Origin: an uncultured Acidobacteriota bacterium
GTDB taxonomy: Bacteria; Acidobacteriota; Thermoanaerobaculia; UBA5066; Gp7-AA6
Reading direction: 5' to 3'
Assembly: GCA_963742245.1 (NCBI GenBank)
Contig: CAVULG010000007.1
Span: 572,406-636,405 of the forward strand
DNA: 64,000 bases
Every line of letters begins with the position of its first letter. The first letter of the stretch is position 1. The position numbers were made by a program, and so were the translations under genes. The notes under the pieces are model-generated. The model ran no database searches and was not told the origin of the DNA. It saw only the letters and a program-made list of their open reading frames with translations. Shown here in pieces: positions 54,877 through 64,000 of the stretch.

Positions 54877-55613
54877 GCTTCGGCTCCCCCTGCGGAGACC
54901 AGCGAGCCGATGTCCTCGCCGGACACGACACGCTGGATGTTGCCCCGGACCTTGAGGTTGAAGACCTTGATGGGAATTCCATTGTCCATGCAGAGCGCCA
55001 CGGCGGCCGCGTCCATGACCTGCAGGCCCTTCTCGAGTGCCTGCCGGTAGGACAGCGTTTTCAGAAACTTCGCGCTGGCATCCCGATTGGGATCCGCGTC
55101 GTAGACGCCGTCGACCTTCGTCGCCTTCAGGAGCACGTCGGCGTGGATCTCGTTGGCGCGCAGGGCCGCCGCCGAGTCCGTCGTGAAGAACGGATTGCCC
55201 GTGCCCGCCACGAAGAGCACGACGCGCCCCTTCTCGAGGTGGCGCAGCGCCCGGCGGCGGATGAAGGGCTCGGCAATCTGCCGGATCTCGACCGCGGACA
55301 TCAGCCGCGTCGTCACTCCCCGCTTCTCGAGAGCATCCTGGAGGGCGAGGCCGTTGATCACGGTCGCGAGCAGGCCCATGTGGTCGCCGGCGACGCGGTC
55401 GATTCCCTGTGCCGCCGCGGAGACGCCCCGGATGATGTTCCCGCCGCCGAGGACGACGGCCGTCTCGACACCGAGCGCGTGCACGTCCTTGATCTCGTCG
55501 GCGAGGCGGGCCACGACGTCCGGCGCGATGCCGAACTTCTGATCGCCCATCAACGCCTCCCCCGAGAGCTTCAGGAGGATGCGGCGGTATACGGAGCCGG
55601 AGCGCTCAGCCAT
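54873..55613 (-). CDS. pyrH: UMP kinase
   Basis: ORF 54873..55613. Confidence 0.95.
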   Translation of the reverse strand: MAERSGSVYRRILLKLSGEALMGDQKFGIAPDVVARLADEIKDVHALGVETAVVLGGGNIIRGVSAAAQGIDRVAGDHMGLLATVINGLALQDALEKRGVTTRLMSAVEIRQIAEPFIRRRALRHLEKGRVVLFVAGTGNPFFTTDSAAALRANEIHADVLLKATKVDGVYDADPNRDASAKFLKTLSYRQALEKGLQVMDAAAVALCMDNGIPIKVFNLKVRGNIQRVVSGEDIGSLVSAGGAEA

Positions 55614-55642
55614 GCGTTGCGGCGATTATGTCCGAAACGCCC

Positions 55643-56518
55643 TTAAGCGGCTTCTTCGGCTCTTCCGAGGCCCTCGCCGAGCTTGAAGCGGACGAATCGC
55701 AGATCGAGCGCGCCCTTGCCGGCCCGCTCGACGACGACCTGCCCGACCGTCTTTTCGGGGTCCTTGACGAAGGCCTGCTCGACGAGCACGGCGTCCTGGT
55801 AGAACTTCTCGACCTTGCCTTCGGCGATCCGCTCGACGACGTTGGCGGGCTTGCCCGCGGCGGTGGCCTGGGCGCGCGCGATCTCCCGTTCGGTCTCGAG
55901 GACCTGTCCCGAAACCTCGCTGCGCGACGCGAAACGCGGATCCGACGCCGCGATGTGCATCGCGAGGTCCTTTCCGAGGGCCTCGTCGCCGCCCGGAAGC
56001 CCGACCACGACCCCGATCCGGCCGTTGCCGTGGATGTAGCTCGCGAAGATCTCGCCCGCCCGCGGTGTCAGCCGCGCGAACCGGCGGATCTGGATGTTCT
56101 CCTTCAGGACCGCGACCAGCTGCGTGACGGCGTCGCCGACCGTCTCGCCGCCCGGCCAGGACAGCTTCGAAAGCTCCGCCGTGTCGCCCGCGCGGCTGTC
56201 GCCGAAGGCGTCGTGGGCGGCGATGCGGTCCGCGAGCTTTTCCGCGAAGACGCGGAAGTCCTCGGTGCGCGCCACGAAGTCCGTCTCGCAGTTGACCTCC
56301 ACGAGCACCGCGCCCTTGACGGTGACGTGGGCGACGACGAGCCCCTCGGAGGCGGCGCGGCCGGCCTTCGAAGCCGCCGCGGCGAGGCCCTTCTTGCGCA
56401 GGATTTTCTTGGCCTCGTCGAAATTGCCCTGGGCCTCGACGAGCGCCTTCTTGCAGTCCATCATGCCGGCGCCCGTCTCGGTGCGCAGGTCGGACACGAG
56501 CTTGGAGTTGATTTCCAT
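55643..56518 (-). CDS. tsf: Elongation factor Ts
   Basis: ORF 55643..56518. Confidence 0.95.
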   Translation of the reverse strand: MEINSKLVSDLRTETGAGMMDCKKALVEAQGNFDEAKKILRKKGLAAAASKAGRAASEGLVVAHVTVKGAVLVEVNCETDFVARTEDFRVFAEKLADRIAAHDAFGDSRAGDTAELSKLSWPGGETVGDAVTQLVAVLKENIQIRRFARLTPRAGEIFASYIHGNGRIGVVVGLPGGDEALGKDLAMHIAASDPRFASRSEVSGQVLETEREIARAQATAAGKPANVVERIAEGKVEKFYQDAVLVEQAFVKDPEKTVGQVVVERAGKGALDLRFVRFKLGEGLGRAEEAA

Positions 56519-56611
56519 GATCCCTCTAAGTCTGACGAGATGGGAACCGGGCGCAGTCGCCGGGCCGCAGGCGCTCGCCTGCCTTCCGACGCCCGCCCCT
56601 GCTTCCCGGCC

Positions 56612-57370
56612 TTACGATGCGTCGGCGACGACGGCCGTCTGGGAGAGCTCCGGCGTGCGCGGCCGGTCCTCCGAGGGCGCCTCTTCGGCGTTGCGCTCCC
56701 CGTGGGCGTGCAGGCCTTCGAGGGCGGAGTCCGCGATTTTCTGCGCGAAGAGCCGGATGGCGCGAATGGCGTCGTCGTTGCCCGGGATGACGTAGTCGAC
56801 GAGGTCCGGATCGCAGTTCGTGTCGACGACCGCCACCACCGGAATGCCGAGAATGTTGGCTTCCTTGACCGCGATGTACTCCTGCTTGGGATCGATCACG
56901 AAAAGCGCGTCCGGAAGCTCGTCCATCTCCTTGATGCCGGTGAGATTCTTCTCGAGCTTCTGCTTCTCCCGCTCCAGCCGCAGCCGTTCTTTCTTGGTCA
57001 GGTTGTCGTTGTCACCCTGCGCGAGGATGCCTTCGATTTCCTTGAGCCGGTGGATCGACTTGCGGATCGTGGAGAAGTTGGTGAGCGTGCCGCCGAGCCA
57101 ACGCGTGTTCACGTAGAACATGCCGCAGCGGTTGGCCTCTTCGTAGATCGCATCCTGGGCCTGGCGCTTCGTGCCGACGAACAGCAGGTTCTTGCCCGCG
57201 GAGGCAAGGTCGGTCACGAACTTCGAGGCTTCCTTGAACTGCTTGAGCGTCTTCTGCAGGTCAATGATGTAGATCCCATTGCGCTTGCCGAAGATGAACT
57301 TCTTCATCTTGGGATTCCAGCGCTTGGTCTGATGACCGAAGTGGACGCCAGCCTCGAGCAGTTCCTTCAT
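56612..57370 (-). CDS. rpsB: 30S ribosomal protein S2
   Basis: ORF 56612..57370. Confidence 0.95.
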   Translation of the reverse strand: MKELLEAGVHFGHQTKRWNPKMKKFIFGKRNGIYIIDLQKTLKQFKEASKFVTDLASAGKNLLFVGTKRQAQDAIYEEANRCGMFYVNTRWLGGTLTNFSTIRKSIHRLKEIEGILAQGDNDNLTKKERLRLEREKQKLEKNLTGIKEMDELPDALFVIDPKQEYIAVKEANILGIPVVAVVDTNCDPDLVDYVIPGNDDAIRAIRLFAQKIADSALEGLHAHGERNAEEAPSEDRPRTPELSQTAVVADAS

Positions 57371-57437
57371 CGAAATAGATGCCAGATCACACCTGCCTTT
57401 CTGTCGCCGGAGCGACGCGTCTCGTCGAATCCACCGC

Positions 57438-57845
57438 CTAGCGCTTGCTGAACTGGAACCGGGCCCGCGCGCCGCGCTGACCGTACTTCTTGCGTTCCTT
57501 CATCCGCGGGTCGCGCGTCAGGAAGCCTTCCTTCTTGAGCTTCTTGCGCAGCTCCGCGTTGTACTCGGTCAGGGCCCGCGCGATTCCGTGACGGATGGCG
57601 CCGGCCTGCCCGCTCGGGCCGCCGCCTGCGACCGTGACGTGGATGTCGAACTTCTCCACGGTCTCCGTCGACTGAAGCGGCTGCTTGATGACCATCTTCA
57701 GGACGTTGTTGGGAAAGTAGTCGTCGAAGGATCGTTTGTTGACCGTGATCGCGCCGGTCCCCGGGACGAGCCGGACGCGCGCCATCGACGACTTCCGCCG
57801 TCCGGTGGCCCTGTGCTGGATGTCGACTGCCAAGACTCCTCCCAA
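57438..57845 (-). CDS. rpsI: 30S ribosomal protein S9
   Basis: ORF 57438..57845. Confidence 0.9.
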   Translation of the reverse strand: MGGVLAVDIQHRATGRRKSSMARVRLVPGTGAITVNKRSFDDYFPNNVLKMVIKQPLQSTETVEKFDIHVTVAGGGPSGQAGAIRHGIARALTEYNAELRKKLKKEGFLTRDPRMKERKKYGQRGARARFQFSKR

Positions 57846-57861
57846 GCTCCTGTCGCGCGGC

Positions 57862-58305
57862 CTAAGCGGCCGGGACCTTCAGTGGCCGAGGCTGCTGCGC
57901 CTCGTGCGGGTGCTTCGCCCCGCGATAAACCTTCAACTTCTTCAGCTGCTTGCGGCCGAGCTTCGACTTCGGAAGCATGCCGCGGACGGCGGCTTCGATC
58001 ATCCGCTCCGGGTACTTGGCCTGTTGCTCGCGCGCGGCGACCGTCTTGAGCCCGCCGGGAAATCCCGTGTGGCGCCGGTACACCTTGACGTCGAGCTTGG
58101 CGCCCGTCAGCTTCACCTTCTCGGCGTTCGTCACGACGACGAAATCGCCCATGTCCAGATATGGCACCCAGTTCACGCGGTGCTTGCCCGACAGGATGCG
58201 GGCGACGCGCGTCGCGAGACGACCGAGGACCAGACCGGAGGCATCCACCACGAACCAGTCGTGGCGGACGTCCGCAATCGAAACTCTTCCCGTGCCAGAA
58301 GCCAT
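57862..58305 (-). CDS. rplM: 50S ribosomal protein L13
   Basis: ORF 57862..58305. Confidence 0.95.
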   Translation of the reverse strand: MASGTGRVSIADVRHDWFVVDASGLVLGRLATRVARILSGKHRVNWVPYLDMGDFVVVTNAEKVKLTGAKLDVKVYRRHTGFPGGLKTVAAREQQAKYPERMIEAAVRGMLPKSKLGRKQLKKLKVYRGAKHPHEAQQPRPLKVPAA

Positions 58306-58479
58306 CGCGTAACCCCTAATTCCGGACTCTCAAGGTTGGCCCGCCTCGGGGCGGACCGGTCGGAGCCCCCGTTTCGAGGGCGCGTAAGAATACGTAAGCA
58401 GGCCGGACCTGTCAACAACGCAGGAGACACCGGCCCGGAGCCGGCCCCGTGGGTGTCCTCGGCCTCTGCCTGAGCGCCC

Positions 58480-61362
58480 TCAGCGGCCCGGGGGTCGGGC
58501 TCCGGGGATGCGGCGAACGGGCCGGGCCGGTCTGGCCGTCGGGCCCAACCCGAAGGTCCTCACCAGGAACGTGGACATCTGCCCGCGCGGGGTGGCCGCC
58601 GTCGGGCAGTAGTTCCCGCCCCCGCAGCCGACCGTGATGCCCTCGGCCGCGAGCTGATTGATCCAGTTCACGTTCGGTCCGCTCGGGCACGGGACGTCGT
58701 CGAAGACCGTGCCGGAGCAGGCGGGCGGCTCATAGCTCGAGCCGTGCTCGCCGAGCAGGAGGAAGACGGCCATCTGGGCCCGCGTCAGCGGGCTGCCCGG
58801 GCAATAGTTGCCGCCCCCGCAGCCGCCCGTGATGCCCTCCGCCGCGAGCTGATTGATCCAGTCGACGTTCAGGCCGCTCGGGCACGGCACGTCGGCGAAA
58901 ACCGTCCCGCTGCAGGCCGGCGGCGTGTAGCCGCCTCCGTGCACCCCCTTCAGAAGGAACACCGCCATCTGCGCGCGCGTGACGAGATTCGCGGGGCAGT
59001 AGTTGCCTCCCCCGCATCCCGCCGTGACGCTGGCCCGGAAGATCGACTCGATGTCGCCGTGGAAGATGTTCGACGACGGAACGTCCGAAAAGTCGGCGAA
59101 CCAGGCGTTCGCGAGCGTGCCGATCGGCGCGCTGGCGGGGTTGTCGACCGTCACGTCGTTGAGGGTGCCGGCCACGAGCGCGGGCGCCGAGGCGGTGAGG
59201 GAGCCCGGGCCGACGACCACGACTCCCGAAGCCGGAACGCCGCCGATCGCCAGCGTCGCCCCGCTCGCAAAGCCCGACCCGGACACGGTCACCGGTGTCC
59301 CTCCCGCGGCCGCGCCCGACGTCGGGGCGATGCTGGTGACGGCGGTTCCGCCCGGAGTCGTCGTCGGAGTCGGCGTCGGGGTCCGCGTGGGGGTCCGCGT
59401 CGGCGTGGGCGTCCGGCTGGGCGTCGGCGTGTTGGTCGGTGTGGCGGTGGTGAAGCTCGCGGTGTACGTCGTGTCGTCCGCGGGTGTCGCGATGTCGTGC
59501 GTCTGGCTTCCGCCGTCGGACCACGACTGGAAGTGGTACGTGTTGCCGCCCGACGACTGGGGCGAGGGAGCGCCGATCGCGCGCGTCACGTTCTCGACGC
59601 TCACGACCGTCTGCGGCGCCGTGAACGGCTGCCCGTCGAGCGTCAGCTGAAGCCCGGTCGGGCCCGTCCCCAGCGTGAGCGAGGAGGTCCGCGGGATCAC
59701 GTCCACGAACTTCTCGTCCGTGAGCGTCGCCGGATCCTTCACCGAGAGATAGAGCCGGTACCAGACGTTCGGCGACGTTTCGCCGACCGTCGGAATCGTG
59801 AAGGCGCCCGTCGCCGAACCGGTGGTCGGCGGCAGGAACGGGTGAAAGTGGGTATCGTGATGGAAGTTCACCCACCACGTGAAGGCGCTTCCCGGCAGCG
59901 CGCCCGTTTCCGGATCCGAGCCCGTTCCCGAGTAGTTGATCGTGTCCCCGGCGGCGTAGGTCGTGCCCGCCGGCGGCGCCGTGATCGTCGCCACGGGCGG
60001 CTGGTTGGTCGTCACCGACAGGGTCGCGGCCGCGCTCGTGTCGTCGCCGGAGGCGTTCGACACGACGCAGCGGAACTGGTCGCCGTCGTCGCCGATCACG
60101 ACGGAGGCGATCGTGTACGAGGAGGAGGTCGCACCGCCGATGTCCGCACCCTCGCGCTGCCATTGATAGGACAGCGGCGCGTCGCCCGTCGCGCTCACCG
60201 TGAACGTCACGGGATGTCCGGTCGAGATCAGCTGGCTCTGCGGGTCCTCGGTGACGACCGGATCCCCGGTGCCGGTGTAATTGACCTTGTAGACGCGACC
60301 CTGGCCCCGGGCGATGTAGTAGAGGTTGCCGTTGAAGTCCACGTGGACGTCGACGGGACTCGAGATGCCGGTCGCGAACGTCGTCGCCGAGGGATTACCG
60401 GAAGCCGGATCGACGTATCGGATCCAGCCCGCGCAATAGTCGGCGTAGAAGTACTTGCCGACGTAGCTCGCCGGAAACTGCGGCACGTCCGGGGCGTAGA
60501 AGTCTCCGCCGGCGATCGAGCAGGCGCCCCCGCTGTGGGGATAGAAGAAAAAGGGATCGGTGAACTCGGGGTCCGGCGGGCTGCAATCGCCTTCGCAATC
60601 CGGCCATCCGTAGTTCGCCCCCGCGCTCCCGACGTTGATCTCCTCCCAGGTCACCTGGCCGACGTCGTTGATGAAGATGACGCCCGTGTCGGGATGCACG
60701 GCGAAGGTGAACGGATTGCGAAGCCCGAGCGTCCAGATGGCGCGGTTGTTCCCGGTCGTGTCGTTGAAAAAGGGGTTGTCGGTCGGGATGAGCGCCTCCG
60801 GCGGTACGCCGACGCGGAGCACCTTGCCGAGGAGGTTGCCGAGCGTCTGCGAGTTCGACCCGTTCGCGTTGTCGCCGACCGCGACGTAGAGTTTGCCGTC
60901 CGCGCCGAAGTGGATCGCTCCCCCGTTGTGGTTCGTCGCACCCGACAGGTTGTTGAGCTCGAGCAGATTGACCTGGCTTCCGGCGAGGGCGACGTCGCCG
61001 TTGGCCGTCAGCCGCGCCAGCCGGTTGTGGGGCGGCGACCCGGGCACCGTGTAATAGACGTAGACGTACTGATTGAGCAGGAAGTTGGGGTCGAAGGCCA
61101 CGCCGAGAAGCCCGCGCTCCCCCATCGGATCGACCGAGAGCGTGACGAAGGGCGTCGCGAGTAAGGCGCCGTTCTTGATGATGCGGAGCTGTCCCCCCTG
61201 CTGGCAGACGAAAAGGCGCCCGTCGGGAGCCACGGCCATGGCCGTCGCGTTGGAGAGGCCCGAATAGGACACCTCGGTGAAGCCCGTGGGCAGCGTGGCG
61301 CCTCCCGAGAAGACGGCGAGGGCGAGCGCGGCCGCCGCGGCGGAAAGAACACGGGATCTCAT
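58480..61362 (-). CDS. Large cell-surface protein: signal peptide + PQQ-dependent sugar dehydrogenase-like beta-propeller + Ig-like + PKD-like + T/P linker + IPT/TIG + 3x SLH-like repeats (GCGGGNYCP variant)
   Basis: Internal start MRSRVLSAAAAALALAVFSGGA (ATG 61360-61362) in ORF 58480..62046; GSDH-like GLLGVAFDPNF...VYVYYT; Ig PVVTEDPQSQLISTGHPVTFTVSATG...FRCVVSN; IPT GGTPVTVSGSGFASGATLAIGGVPASGVVVVG; three repeats F.DVP...GITxGCGGGNYCP...TRAQMAVFLL. Confidence 0.75.
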   Translation of the reverse strand: MRSRVLSAAAAALALAVFSGGATLPTGFTEVSYSGLSNATAMAVAPDGRLFVCQQGGQLRIIKNGALLATPFVTLSVDPMGERGLLGVAFDPNFLLNQYVYVYYTVPGSPPHNRLARLTANGDVALAGSQVNLLELNNLSGATNHNGGAIHFGADGKLYVAVGDNANGSNSQTLGNLLGKVLRVGVPPEALIPTDNPFFNDTTGNNRAIWTLGLRNPFTFAVHPDTGVIFINDVGQVTWEEINVGSAGANYGWPDCEGDCSPPDPEFTDPFFFYPHSGGACSIAGGDFYAPDVPQFPASYVGKYFYADYCAGWIRYVDPASGNPSATTFATGISSPVDVHVDFNGNLYYIARGQGRVYKVNYTGTGDPVVTEDPQSQLISTGHPVTFTVSATGDAPLSYQWQREGADIGGATSSSYTIASVVIGDDGDQFRCVVSNASGDDTSAAATLSVTTNQPPVATITAPPAGTTYAAGDTINYSGTGSDPETGALPGSAFTWWVNFHHDTHFHPFLPPTTGSATGAFTIPTVGETSPNVWYRLYLSVKDPATLTDEKFVDVIPRTSSLTLGTGPTGLQLTLDGQPFTAPQTVVSVENVTRAIGAPSPQSSGGNTYHFQSWSDGGSQTHDIATPADDTTYTASFTTATPTNTPTPSRTPTPTRTPTRTPTPTPTTTPGGTAVTSIAPTSGAAAGGTPVTVSGSGFASGATLAIGGVPASGVVVVGPGSLTASAPALVAGTLNDVTVDNPASAPIGTLANAWFADFSDVPSSNIFHGDIESIFRASVTAGCGGGNYCPANLVTRAQMAVFLLKGVHGGGYTPPACSGTVFADVPCPSGLNVDWINQLAAEGITGGCGGGNYCPGSPLTRAQMAVFLLLGEHGSSYEPPACSGTVFDDVPCPSGPNVNWINQLAAEGITVGCGGGNYCPTAATPRGQMSTFLVRTFGLGPTARPARPVRRIPGARPPGR

Positions 61363-61424
61363 GGAAGACCCGCAGGCTAAGCCCGCCGGAGGCCGGGAGT
61401 CAACCTGTATGCCCCGGCCCGAGC

Positions 61425-64000
61425 CTAAGGGCGCGGCGAACGCGGCCGCACGGGCGGCCGGGCGACCGGTCCCTGGCGCAAGGTCGAACCGAGGCCGAAC
61501 GTGCGGACCAGGAAAGTCGCCATCTGCTGGCGCGGGGTCGCGGCGAGCGGGCAGAAGTTGCCGCCGCCGCAGCCCGCCGAGATGCCCTCGGCCGCGAGCT
61601 GGCCGATCCAGGCGGCGTACTGGCTGGGGCACGCCACGTCGCCGAAGACCTGCTGGCAGTCGGGCGGCACATAGGCGGACCCGTGCTCGCCGCGGAGGAG
61701 GAACACCGACATCTGCTGGCGGGTGACCGGGGTGTCGGGACAATAGAGGAGCGGGCTCGTCGCGCAACCCGACGTGATGCCCCGGTTGTAGAAGTCCTCG
61801 ATCCAGGCTGCGGCGAATGCATTGGCCGGAACGTCCGCGAAGAGGGTTCCGGTCGCCGCAGGCGGCTGGTATCCCGCACCGAGAGCGGACTTGAGGATGA
61901 GCACGGCCATCTGGGCCCGCGTGACGAGCCCCAGCGGGCAGTAGAGGCCGCCGCCGCATCCGCCCGTCACGCCGTTCCGGAAGGTCGCCTCGATGTCGTC
62001 GTGGAAGGGGTTCGTCTGGGGAACGTCGGCGAAGTCGGCGAACCACCCGTCGTCGAGGGTTCCACTCAGCGTCACGCGCTTGCCCAGCGCGAGCGCGGTC
62101 GTCACGGTGACGTCATTGAGCGTTCCGGCGGTCAACGATGGAATCGCGGCCGTAATGTTCGTCGGGCCGTGAACCACCACGGCCGTCGCCGGCGCGCCGC
62201 CCACCGAAACCGTAGCGCTCGCGGCAAAGTTGGTTCCGTCGATCGCGACCACGGTGCCTCCGCCCGCGGGGCCCGAGTTCGGCGCGATCCCCGAAACCGA
62301 CGGCGCTCCGGGCACCGGCGTCAGAGTCGCCGTCGGCGTCGCTGAGGCGGTCGGGGTGCGCGAAGGCGTTCGCGTCGGGGTCATGGACGGCGTCGTGGTC
62401 GTGGGCACGGCGGTGGCCGTCCAGGTCGGAGTCGCGGTGTTCGTCGCGGTGAAGGTCCGCGTGGCCGTGAACGAGGCTGTGGTCGTGGGAGGGATCGGCG
62501 TCGGCGTGTGGGTCGGCGTATTCGTCGGTGGCTGGGCAGTCAGCGTCGGCGTCGCGGTTTGCGTCGGCGTCGGGCCGCCAGCAACCGTCACATCCACCCC
62601 GTCGAAGACGCTCGTGCAAAGCAGAGAGTCGTTGTGGCTCGTGAGGGACAGACCCACGAGGACCGAAGCTGCCATCGGGATGGAATCGGAGCCGACGAGC
62701 GTCCAGGCCAGGCCGTCCGGCGAGTGAAACGCGCTGACGGTCGATCCCGTCCGCGTGAGACGCACCCAATACGGCGCCGCAACGAGCGGTCCCGGCGTGT
62801 GCGAAGTCGTGCCGCCGGTGCTGCTGCGCCGCTGGAAGGCGAGGCCGTTGACCGGCGTCATCGCCAGCATCGCGTGCCGGGAATCGGCGTTGAGCGACTC
62901 GCGGATCATGACGCCCCCCTTGGCCCAGGCGTCGGTGTTCTGGATGCTCGCGACCCGCGCGGTGATCGTCCCGTCGCCGGTGAGCGGCTGATAGACGAAG
63001 CCGAACTCGTCGGACTGCCCCTCGATGTCCTCGCCCGAGGCGAGGGCCGTGAACGCCCCCGACCCGAAAGTCGCGGTCCCCGCCACCCCCACCGGTCCGA
63101 CGTCCAGCCGGAGCCAGGGTGCCGGAAGCGGAAGCGGCGTCGCGGTCGCGGTCGGCGTTCGGGAGGGGGTGAACGACGCCGTCACCGTCGGGTGCAGCGG
63201 CGTCGGCGTCCGTGTCGCCGTGTTCGTCGGCGGCTGCGGCGTGGTCGTAACGGTTGGAGTCCGCGACGGCGTGAACGACGCCGTCACCGTCGGCGGCAGC
63301 GGCGTCGGCGTCCGTGTCGCGGTGTTCGTCGGCGGCTGCGGCGTGGTCGTAACGGTTGGAGTCCGCGACGGCGTGAACGACGCCGTCACCGTCGGCGGCA
63401 GCGGCGTCGGTGTCCGTGTCGCGGTGTTCGTCGGCGGCAGCGGCGTGGTCGTGACGGTCGGCGTCCGGGACGGGGTAAAGGACGCCGTCACCGTCGGCGG
63501 CAGCGGCGTCGGCGTGCGCGTCGCCGTATTCGTCGGCGGCTGCGGCGTGACCGTGGAAGTCGTGGTCGGCGTCCGGCTCGCGGTCGCCGTGAGCGTCGGC
63601 GTCGCGGTCTGTGTCGGCGTCGGACCCCCGGAGGCCGCGGTCACGGCGTCGAAGACGGCCGTGCCCAGAAGGGAGTCGTTGTGACTCGTGTAGGCCAGCC
63701 CGACGAGGACCGAAGCCGCCATCGAGATCGTATCGGACCCGACGAGGGTCCAGGCCACGCCGTCCGGCGAACGAAACGCGGCGATGCCCGTTCCCGCGCG
63801 CGTCACGCGCACCCAGTACGGCGCGCCGACGAGTGGTCCGGGCGTGTGCGCGGTCGTCCCCCCGGTGCTGGTGCGCCGCTGGAAGGCCATCCCGTTGAGA
63901 GGCGTCAGCGCCAGCATCGCGTGCTTCGAATTGGCGGCCAGCGACTCGCGGATCATCACGCCGCCCTTGGCCCAGGGGTTGGTGTTCTGGATGCTCGCCA
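61425..64000 (-). CDS. Large cell-surface protein, 5'-partial (continues beyond window): tandem ConA-like/DUF1349-like lectin modules separated by Thr/Pro-rich repeats + IPT/TIG + 3x SLH-like repeats
   Basis: ORF 61425..63959 remains open to window end (…ASIQNTNPWAKGGVMIRESL); duplicated module AWAKGGVMIRESLxAxSxHAML...PYWVRxTRxG; IPT GGTVVAIDGTNFAASATVSVGG; SLH-like repeats with GCGGGLYCP / GCATSPLLYCP / GCGGGNFCP. Confidence 0.7.
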   Translation of the reverse strand, partial: ASIQNTNPWAKGGVMIRESLAANSKHAMLALTPLNGMAFQRRTSTGGTTAHTPGPLVGAPYWVRVTRAGTGIAAFRSPDGVAWTLVGSDTISMAASVLVGLAYTSHNDSLLGTAVFDAVTAASGGPTPTQTATPTLTATASRTPTTTSTVTPQPPTNTATRTPTPLPPTVTASFTPSRTPTVTTTPLPPTNTATRTPTPLPPTVTASFTPSRTPTVTTTPQPPTNTATRTPTPLPPTVTASFTPSRTPTVTTTPQPPTNTATRTPTPLHPTVTASFTPSRTPTATATPLPLPAPWLRLDVGPVGVAGTATFGSGAFTALASGEDIEGQSDEFGFVYQPLTGDGTITARVASIQNTDAWAKGGVMIRESLNADSRHAMLAMTPVNGLAFQRRSSTGGTTSHTPGPLVAAPYWVRLTRTGSTVSAFHSPDGLAWTLVGSDSIPMAASVLVGLSLTSHNDSLLCTSVFDGVDVTVAGGPTPTQTATPTLTAQPPTNTPTHTPTPIPPTTTASFTATRTFTATNTATPTWTATAVPTTTTPSMTPTRTPSRTPTASATPTATLTPVPGAPSVSGIAPNSGPAGGGTVVAIDGTNFAASATVSVGGAPATAVVVHGPTNITAAIPSLTAGTLNDVTVTTALALGKRVTLSGTLDDGWFADFADVPQTNPFHDDIEATFRNGVTGGCGGGLYCPLGLVTRAQMAVLILKSALGAGYQPPAATGTLFADVPANAFAAAWIEDFYNRGITSGCATSPLLYCPDTPVTRQQMSVFLLRGEHGSAYVPPDCQQVFGDVACPSQYAAWIGQLAAEGISAGCGGGNFCPLAATPRQQMATFLVRTFGLGSTLRQGPVARPPVRPRSPRP
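63169..63576. repeat. Tandem repeat, 102-bp unit x 4 (encodes PQPPTNTATRTPTPLPPTVTASFTPSRTPTVTTT linker units)
   Basis: Unit gtgaacgacgccgtcaccgtcgg..gcagcggcgtcggcgtccgtgtcgc.gtgttcgtcggcggctgcggcgtggtcgtaacggttggagtccgcgacggc starts at 63169, 63271, 63373, 63475 (last copy diverged). Confidence 0.85.

Noticed and set aside
53627-54982. 451-aa ORF fusing ispD with sequence overlapping frr/pyrH
   Set aside because: Homology to IspD begins at the GTG at 54322; upstream residues are frr out-of-frame.
58306-58479. Possible terminator hairpin CCCGCC-TCGG-GGCGG after the giant surface-protein gene / upstream of rplM
   Set aside because: Short imperfect stem with no U-rich tail.

Overview
High-GC (~68-70%) bacterial chromosome segment; the ORF track is full of long spurious antisense ORFs typical of stop-codon-poor high-GC DNA. 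Conserved markers (vWFA-related Acidobacterial-type VWA protein, CRTAC1/ASPIC-UnbV protein, many TPR proteins) suggest an Acidobacteriota-like organism (inference). About 42 kb (16.2-58.3 kb) is one near-continuous minus-strand block of core translation/transcription genes. In transcription order it runs tRNA(Thr-Tyr-Gly-Thr)-tufB-rpmG-tRNATrp-secE-nusG-rplKAJL-rpoBC, then a small SLH-domain gene, then rpsL-rpsG-fusA-tufA-S10 operon-spc operon-alpha operon ending at rplQ with a clean rho-independent terminator. A second block follows: rplM-rpsI, rpsB-tsf-pyrH-frr-ispD-ispF. Unusual points in the core block: two 100% identical tuf copies 17.5 kb apart; apparent single-base frameshifts in fusA (~35028) and in rpoB (~45640-45660); a Cys-rich zinc-ribbon-like insertion in the rpoB N-terminal region; and K/A/P-rich tails on several r-proteins. 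The left accessory region (1-16 kb) encodes an OmpR-type wHTH+FHA regulator, a MlaC-like+TPR protein, a TPR HExxH-peptidase, a VWA protein, a CarbopepD_reg+TPR protein, an amidase, gatCA, a CCA-type nucleotidyltransferase co-operonic with a PilT ATPase carrying a ~130-aa coiled-coil tail, a TPR protein, a CRTAC1 protein and VanZ. The right end (58.5-64 kb) encodes two giant cell-surface proteins (one 5'-partial) ending in triple SLH-like repeats that carry an unusual conserved GCGGGN[YF]CP motif; the same module closes the small protein wedged between rpoC and rpsL. No CRISPR array, IS element or rRNA was seen.
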